Below, one piece after another: positions 57,770-64,000 of a stretch of DNA of 64,000 bases (the stretch's first letter is position 1; each line of letters begins with the position of its first letter). Both the position numbers and the translations under genes were made by a program. This DNA comes from an uncultured Gemmatimonadales bacterium. GTDB taxonomy: Bacteria > Gemmatimonadota > Gemmatimonadetes > Gemmatimonadales > GWC2-71-9. The notes beneath the pieces are model-generated. The model saw only the letters and a list, made by a program, of their open reading frames with translations, made no database searches and was not told where the DNA came from. The stretch covers positions 736,001-800,000 of the forward strand of contig CAVOGR010000001.1 of assembly GCA_963695555.1 (NCBI GenBank), written 5' to 3'.

Positions 57770-59395
57770 CTAGGCGTTTGCAGCCGATTGCGCTGTTCGC
57801 CGTTGATCGAAGCTTTCCCACCAGCCTAGCGCCCGTTCCTGGGTCCACGGGCTTTCGACTTCGATCCGCCGGAGCGCCGCAATCATTTCTTCCGCGGTCT
57901 GTATCCGATCCGCCGGATCTTTGGCGAGACAGGCGAGGACCAGGTGATCCAGCATCGGCGGGATGTGCGTGCTCGGCACGCGCGCTGGGCGGGGTCGGCT
58001 CCTTGCTGGCGTGGGCGGTGAACGTGGCGAGGGCCGTCGGCTCCTCGAACACCAGGTCGTCCGGTCAGGAGCCAATAGGCGACGCACCCGAGCCCGTAGA
58101 TGTCCGCCCGGCCATCCACCGCCTTGCCGAGAATCATCTCAGGCGCAACATAGGACGGCGTCCCGGGAACCATGTCGGCCTGGGTCAGATGGTCTGCCAT
58201 GGTCCTGCGCTCCATGGCCGCCACGTGTTTCACCAGGCCGAAATCGAGCACCTTGACGAAATCACATTCCAATCCGAGCCGACAGAGATAGATGTTGGCA
58301 GGCTTGATGTCTCGATGCACCAGGCCGTGGTGGTGCGCTTCAGCCAGGGACGCACAGGCCTGGCGTCAAGACGTGGATGCTCGTTCCGGGGGGAGTGGCC
58401 CTTCCTGCTCCACCATGCGCTGGAGATCGATGCCATCGAGCAGCTCCATCACGTAATACAGGGTTCCGTCCTGCGCCACGCCATAGTCGTACAACTCCAC
58501 CGTGTGTGGCGAGCGCAGCTTCGCGGTCGCACGCGCCTCCCGCTCGAAGCGCGCAATGGAGGCTTTGGCTAGTGCGGGATCGGAGGTCAGCGCCTCGCGG
58601 GCGATCAGCTTGATCGCGGCTGGCCGGGCGAGCAGACGATGCGTTCCGCGCCACACGTCGCCCATGCCGCCGTGCCCCAATAGCGTATCAAGACGATACG
58701 CACCGAGTTGCTTGGCCCTGATCGCGTCGATACGGAGTCGGTAGAGCGTGCGGGAGGCTACGTATGAGGCAATCCCGACGAAAAGGTAAGGGAGGATCAA
58801 CACCAAGAAGAAGTTAGTGACGGAGACCGGCTCCATGTGCACCGTCGCCAGAGACGAGGAGATACGTCCCCGGCACCGCGGCCGCCGAACCGAGGAGAGC
58901 GATCAGAACGAGCCGTGGTCGTGCCGGCACCAACACCGCGAAGACCACCATCCAAATGCCAACACCCGACATTCCGAACTGATCGACGTTGATCTGTTCC
59001 GGAGGTATCCAGTCAAACACGCCCAAGAACTGGCTGAACGACCAACTGAGGCTGACCGCGACGTGATAGGCCCAGCCGATGGAGAGTAGGGTGGAGGCAC
59101 GAAGTCGCCGGAGATAGGTAAGTCCAAACACCAGGGCGGAACTTCCCACCATGAACGTGGGCGGCCCCCATTGGGCCAGGCTCCCAAACTCCTCGGCAAC
59201 CTTTCCGCGGAGGCCGATCGACAGGCTCCAGCTCACGAGCACGAGTATGAAGAAGAGGCCGCTCACGATCCGAATGCGCGATACGGAGAGTTGCAGCAAC
59301 TCCTCGGGGAGCGTCTGGGACGTGCCCGGTGTCGACGGACCGCGCGGGTCGAAGGTCTGCTGGGGGTCGAGAGAGCGGTCGTTCGGATCCGACAT
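57770..59395 (-). CDS. Membrane-anchored Ser/Thr kinase with an N-terminal multi-TM region (about three frameshifts near 58835, 58365 and 58050)
   Basis: LGHGGMGDVW, AAIK, HRDIKPAN, DFG and APE spread over four ORFs. Confidence 0.82.
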
Positions 59396-59444
59396 GGAGG
59401 GACAAGATGGAGGACTATTGGAGGGCTGGCTAGGAGGGAGGATG

Positions 59445-59480
59445 GGGTGAGGAGTAAGGAGTGAGGAGTAAGGAGTGAGG
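59445..59480 (+). repeat. Heptamer array (AGGAGTR)
   Basis: gaggagtaaggagtgaggagtaaggagtgagg. Confidence 0.8.
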
Positions 59481-59579
59481 CGAAACTTCGGGGGTAGGGT
59501 GCAGGTCAGGGCAGACGTTGGGCCTGAACGTCACCCGTCCTTCTGCCTTCCCGTCTTTCCGCCCTCCCGTCTTCACGCC

Positions 59580-62500
59580 TTATTGTCCCTCCACCGGCGC
59601 CGTCTCTCCCCTGAGCGCCGCCACGGACTTCCGGGCGCGGTCGACCTGGGGTTGCAGGGTCGCGTCGGCATTAGCCCAGGCACGGATGAACCGATCGTAG
59701 TTCTCGATCGCCTTAGCGCTGTCGCCGAGCTGCTGGTGGAGGGCTCCCCGTTCGGCCCATGAGCGCACATGGAGAGCAGGACACTTGATACCGGACGCCT
59801 CGGTGTCGAACAGCGCGTAGGCATCCACCGACGCTTTCGCGTTCCCCACGCGCGCCTGAAGATCGGCCCAGGCAAAGAGGCGGGCGCAGCCGTACTCGTC
59901 CCGGAGTTCGATGTCATCCCGGCGGACGAAGTTCCGGTCGTAGCGCGCGAGGGCCGACACGGTGTCACCGCGGGCGAGTTCCACGTGGGCTGCCATGGCC
60001 TTCCACGTTCGGGAGCGGGTCGTGTCGATGAGACCGATGTAGCGCGTCAGCAGGGTCGTGTCACGCTCGGAGAAGTACCCGGCGAGAATCGTCCCTCCCG
60101 CCTGAGTCAGGCGGTCGGCGAACTCGGCGGTTCCGCTCGGATAGTACGCCGCCAAGCTGTCCATATAGCGCAAGCCGGCACGAGTCGTGTTGGGACCACC
60201 CCCGTCCGAGACGAGGGCACCGAAAGCGAGGAACTGAAGCATCAACCGCTTGGGATAGATCCGATTGCCGGGTCCGGGGATCGAGTCTCCCGGCACCAAT
60301 GCGAACAACTCCTCGGTCATCGCCGTTGCCCGGCTCCGCATGCCGGCGCCGATCAACGGGTAGAGCATCTCCCCCGGATCCACCGCGCCGCCAGCCAGCA
60401 GCTCACGCAGTGCGGTCGGCCGCGCGTCCAGCGCATCTCGTATCTCGACGCCCGCGCTCCCATAGTCTCCCCGCAGGAAATCGAGCTGGCCATCCAACGC
60501 CCCGGCCGCAAGTTCCTGGCCGGCCGCCCGCAGCCCCTCGATCTGTCCCTCGGCTTCCGTGTATCGCTGGCCCGACATCAAGAGGCCAATCAATTGGGTC
60601 CGGGCGTTGATCGAGGACGGCACGGCGGCCACCCAGGCGTACGCGGTCGCGAGTCGGTCGCTCCGCGCGTCTTGCCGCATTCGAGTAACAGTCTCCTGGC
60701 CGAATTGTCTGACGAGCTGCTCCGGTCGGCCGTACACCGTCGAATCGCGCAGACAGATCCAGGGAGCGTCAGCCGCGCAGCTTCCCAAGACATCAATGAT
60801 GTGCCGGTACGCAACGGTGTATCCCGAATCGAGCGCCAGGGCATGCTGGAAGGCGTATAGCGCCTTGCCCCAGTTGCCCGTGCTGTCGGAGTGCGGGAAG
60901 CTGCCCGGCGTGTCGTGGAAATGAGCCTCGCCCAGCTGGTACCACGCCTCCACGTCGCTCGAGTCCCGGGCGATCATCTGCCCGGCGATCTCGCGCGCCC
61001 GGCCGAGCAGGCCGTTCTCGTAGGCCTGATAGTATTGGACCAAGAGCCGGAATCGGACGGGGAGATTCTCGCTGTACGCCTGGGCCTTGGCGATCAGGGC
61101 GCGCCTGTTAGCCGGACTTCCCTCGAGACCGGCCCAGCCATCGGCGTCGCGCAGCCTGAGATACGCGAGCGCAAACGTCGAGTCCAGCGTCACGGCCCGG
61201 TTCAGGTGGGCCTTGGCCGAGTCGATCTGCATGCGCTGGATGGCCTGGGCCCCCGACAGGTACTCGCGGTAGGCCTCGAGTGACCCGGTGGTCTGGCTCA
61301 CCAGGTCGGGGCGCTCGCTTGCTGGGGCGCCGCTCACCCGGAGGATGCGTGCGGCCAGGGAATCGAATAGCGGGCGCGGGTCGGCCCCGAAGCCGGCGCG
61401 GACGATCTCGGTCGACAGCCTGTTGCCCGTCTTGACGTCGTGGACCTTGGCCTCGATGGCGAGTGAGTCGCCCTCCTGGCGGATATCGCCCAGCACCAGG
61501 GTGCCCACCTTCGCGTCGCGGGCCATGGCCTGGGCCGCGTCGAAGTCGATGTCTTTGGGAGAACCGATCTGGCGCCGGCGGAGCAGCGAGCCGGTACGCT
61601 CGTCGTCGAACACCCGCATGTCTTCCCAGTGTCCCACCGCGAGGCCGAGGAGGTTCATCGACGCCTCCTCCAGATAGTCCTTGGAGGCGTCACCCGTCCT
61701 GTTCTCGAAGGGGAACACGATGAGGCTCTGCCTGGGGTCGCCCTCTACCCGGTAGCCCTTCGGTCTGAGTGCCCACGCCAATGAACCCAGCACGACCAGG
61801 ACGACCATTGTCGTGATGATCTTGCCCAGCGACATACGTCTGGGCCCGGTCGCCACGGAATACCCGGACCTGAGGGCATCGCGGAAATCGGCCGCGGTCT
61901 GGAAGCGCTGGTCCGGGTCCTTGGCCAATCCCCGCGCGATGGCGGCGCTCACGGCGGGCGGGGTTCGTGGCTCCCGCTCCTGGACCGACGGCGGTTCTTG
62001 GGTGAGATGGGCGGCGAGCACCGCCTGTGGTGTCGCCCCTCCGAACGGCGCTCCACCGGTCAGCATCTCATACCCGACCACGGCCAAGGCATAGACGTCG
62101 GCCCGGGCATCGACGTTGCGTTCGCCGGCCGCTTGTTCGGGCGACATGTAGCCCGGCGTCCCCACCGCCATCCCGAGTTCGGTGAGCCGAGCTCCACCTT
62201 CGTCCCGCGCCTCCTCGACCGCGCGGGCCACGCCGAAGTCGGTCAGGACTGCATGACCCTGCTGGAGAAGGATGTTGTCCGGCTTAACGTCGCGGTGGAC
62301 GATGCCGCGCTCGTGGGCGTAGGCCAGTGCGTCGGCCACCTCCGTCAGGATCCGGACGGCGTCCTCAACCGGGAGTTTGCCGTCTTCGAGCCGGTGCCGG
62401 AGGGACTCGCCCGACACGTACGGCATGACGTAGTAGATCAGATCGTCCTGGGCGCCGGCCGCAAGAACGGGTAGCACGTGCGGGTGCTGGAGCTGGGCCG

Positions 62501-62699
62501 CCACGCTGACTTCCTGCTGGAACCGTGCCGCACTCACGGCACTCGCCATTTCGGGCGGGAGCAGCTTGATCACCACCTTGCGGTTGAGCGAGACCTCGGT
62601 GGCAAGGAACAGCCGGCTCATGCCGCCGCGGGCGAGCTCGCGGTCGATCTGATAGGCGTCGCCCAGGGCGGCTTGGAGGCGGTGCTGGAGGTCGGTCAC
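59580..62699 (-). CDS. Ser/Thr kinase - TM - TolB_N-like - TPR protein
   Basis: ARGGMSRLF, HRDVKPDN, DFG, SPE; LIVFPFENRTGD; TPR-like helices. Confidence 0.92.
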   Translation of the reverse strand: MTDLQHRLQAALGDAYQIDRELARGGMSRLFLATEVSLNRKVVIKLLPPEMASAVSAARFQQEVSVAAQLQHPHVLPVLAAGAQDDLIYYVMPYVSGESLRHRLEDGKLPVEDAVRILTEVADALAYAHERGIVHRDVKPDNILLQQGHAVLTDFGVARAVEEARDEGGARLTELGMAVGTPGYMSPEQAAGERNVDARADVYALAVVGYEMLTGGAPFGGATPQAVLAAHLTQEPPSVQEREPRTPPAVSAAIARGLAKDPDQRFQTAADFRDALRSGYSVATGPRRMSLGKIITTMVVLVVLGSLAWALRPKGYRVEGDPRQSLIVFPFENRTGDASKDYLEEASMNLLGLAVGHWEDMRVFDDERTGSLLRRRQIGSPKDIDFDAAQAMARDAKVGTLVLGDIRQEGDSLAIEAKVHDVKTGNRLSTEIVRAGFGADPRPLFDSLAARILRVSGAPASERPDLVSQTTGSLEAYREYLSGAQAIQRMQIDSAKAHLNRAVTLDSTFALAYLRLRDADGWAGLEGSPANRRALIAKAQAYSENLPVRFRLLVQYYQAYENGLLGRAREIAGQMIARDSSDVEAWYQLGEAHFHDTPGSFPHSDSTGNWGKALYAFQHALALDSGYTVAYRHIIDVLGSCAADAPWICLRDSTVYGRPEQLVRQFGQETVTRMRQDARSDRLATAYAWVAAVPSSINARTQLIGLLMSGQRYTEAEGQIEGLRAAGQELAAGALDGQLDFLRGDYGSAGVEIRDALDARPTALRELLAGGAVDPGEMLYPLIGAGMRSRATAMTEELFALVPGDSIPGPGNRIYPKRLMLQFLAFGALVSDGGGPNTTRAGLRYMDSLAAYYPSGTAEFADRLTQAGGTILAGYFSERDTTLLTRYIGLIDTTRSRTWKAMAAHVELARGDTVSALARYDRNFVRRDDIELRDEYGCARLFAWADLQARVGNAKASVDAYALFDTEASGIKCPALHVRSWAERGALHQQLGDSAKAIENYDRFIRAWANADATLQPQVDRARKSVAALRGETAPVEGQ

Positions 62700-62736
62700 G
62701 GGCGCGGGTCCTAAGATGTGGAATCGAAGGAAGATA

Positions 62737-62946
62737 GGGTGGTAGGAGAGTAGGGGGTAGGAAGTGGCAGGTAGGATGCAGGGAAGTAGGAAGTAGGAAG
62801 TGGGCGGTGGAATCCAACCAACCAACCAACCTACCTACCTACCCACCTACACACCTACCCACGTACCCACCTACCCACGTACCCACCCACCCACGTACCC
62901 ACCCACCCAACTGCCTACCCACTCACCTACCGCCTTCCTACCTTAC
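62737..62946. repeat. Purine-rich array followed by an octamer array (ACCCACCT/ACCCACGT) between divergent genes
   Basis: ggtaggaagt-type repeats then (acccacct)n. Confidence 0.85.
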
Positions 62947-62983
62947 TGACGTAGCCCCTCGGAGTGCTCTCGAAGGAGGCACG

Positions 62984-63142
62984 GTGAGAATCGACAAAGA
63001 AGACATCGACCCAATCTGCCCGCATTGCCAGATGCTGCTGCAACGGCTGATCCAGGTGAAGCGCGGATTCTTCGCGGTCAATCGGGTGTTTTGCTGTCCC
63101 CATTGCCGGAAAGTTCTGGGCATCAGCGCCGGGGCCCAGTGA
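62984..63142 (+). CDS. Small zinc-ribbon protein (CPHC...CPHC)
   Basis: AAGGAGG RBS, GTG start; paralog of 13103-13288. Confidence 0.8.
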   Translation: MRIDKEDIDPICPHCQMLLQRLIQVKRGFFAVNRVFCCPHCRKVLGISAGAQ

Positions 63143-63963
63143 CAGCCGGCGTTCCGCCGGCAGACTGGCTCGCCTTTCTCGAGCGGATTGCAGATCAGGC
63201 CGATGACATTGCACTCCGGCTGTTTCGCTCGGTAACACTTCGCGTCGAGGCCAAGCCGGACCGAAGCCCTGTGAGCGAGGCGGATCGCGCGATCGAGTCG
63301 ATGGCCCGGGCCTATGCCCTCGAGCATCAGCCAGGCCTCGGCATCGTAGGCGAGGAAGAAGGCGAGACGGTTTCCTCCGGCGACACGCGCCTGATCATCG
63401 ACCCGATCGACGCGACGCAGAATTTCGTGCGCGGAATTCCAATCTTTGCCACCTTGCTCGCCATCGAGGATCGAGGCGATGTTGTGGCAGGGGTCGTGTC
63501 CGCGCCCGCGTTGCGCGCTCGGTGGACCGCTGGTCGAGGGCTCGGCGCCTCCTCCGCAGGGCGGCGGCTCGCAGTGTCGAACGTCAGCGCGCTGTCGGAA
63601 GCCCATCTGCTCCACGCCGGACTCGGTGGGTCGAGCGAGACGCTCCCGCCGCCCGGCATGCGCGACCTCCTCGATCGAGCGGCGCGAAGCCGTGGCTTCG
63701 GCGATTTCTACCAGCACATGCTGGTGGCCGAAGGCGCCGGCGACGTGGCCATCGACCCTGGCGTACACCCGTGGGACGTGGCCGCGATTCAGGTGATCGT
63801 AGAGGAAGCCGGAGGGAAGGCGACAACGCTGGGCGGCGCGCGTGATGTCTATGGCGGGAGCCTCGTGACGACCAACGGTCTCTTGCACGCGGAAGTGTTG
63901 GACCTGCTGGGAGGAGAAGAGTCGGGAAGTCGGGAAGTGGGGAAGTCGGAGGTAGGGGAGTAG
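63139..63963 (+). CDS. hisN: Inositol monophosphatase family, HisN-like histidinol-phosphatase
   Basis: KPDRSPVSEAD, GEE, IIDPIDATQNFVRGIP, RGFGDF, PWDVAA. Confidence 0.75.
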   Translation: MTAGVPPADWLAFLERIADQADDIALRLFRSVTLRVEAKPDRSPVSEADRAIESMARAYALEHQPGLGIVGEEEGETVSSGDTRLIIDPIDATQNFVRGIPIFATLLAIEDRGDVVAGVVSAPALRARWTAGRGLGASSAGRRLAVSNVSALSEAHLLHAGLGGSSETLPPPGMRDLLDRAARSRGFGDFYQHMLVAEGAGDVAIDPGVHPWDVAAIQVIVEEAGGKATTLGGARDVYGGSLVTTNGLLHAEVLDLLGGEESGSREVGKSEVGE

Positions 63964-64000
63964 TGAGGAATGGCCCTCTACTCGCGGCTGAAGCCGCGGA

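Noticed and set aside
62737..62946. CRISPR array or telomere-like repeat
   Set aside because: These are short tandem 4-8-mers without unique spacers, and there are no cas genes.

Overview
This is a GC-rich, gene-dense bacterial window. Its gene repertoire suggests Gemmatimonadota (inference): several eukaryotic-like Ser/Thr kinases, GWxTD-like paralogs, an ECF/CBM48 locus and heptamer-rich intergenic tracts. In order it contains: an ECF sigma factor locus with two glycogen-binding (CBM48-like) envelope proteins (0.7-5.2 kb); many small accessory genes (5-18 kb); a penicillin-acylase-family hydrolase, TonB receptor, ccdA, ABC exporter and ggt; a murQ-anmK-nagZ-SSS peptidoglycan-recycling operon; an FHA-protease/PP2C pair; an amidase followed by three tandem GWxTD-like genes and a kinase with a TonB-C domain; nrdJ; a small Cys-repeat peptide ORF, B12 radical SAM and degenerate JAB/MPN protein (the best candidate for an undescribed system, possibly a RiPP locus); an APC-USP transporter; two more kinases; and a hisN-like phosphatase. 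At least six genes carry single-base frameshifts, several in short homopolymers, which most likely reflects sequencing or consensus error. I saw no rRNA, tRNA, CRISPR array or transposase. All family calls come from motif recognition by eye, not from database searches.
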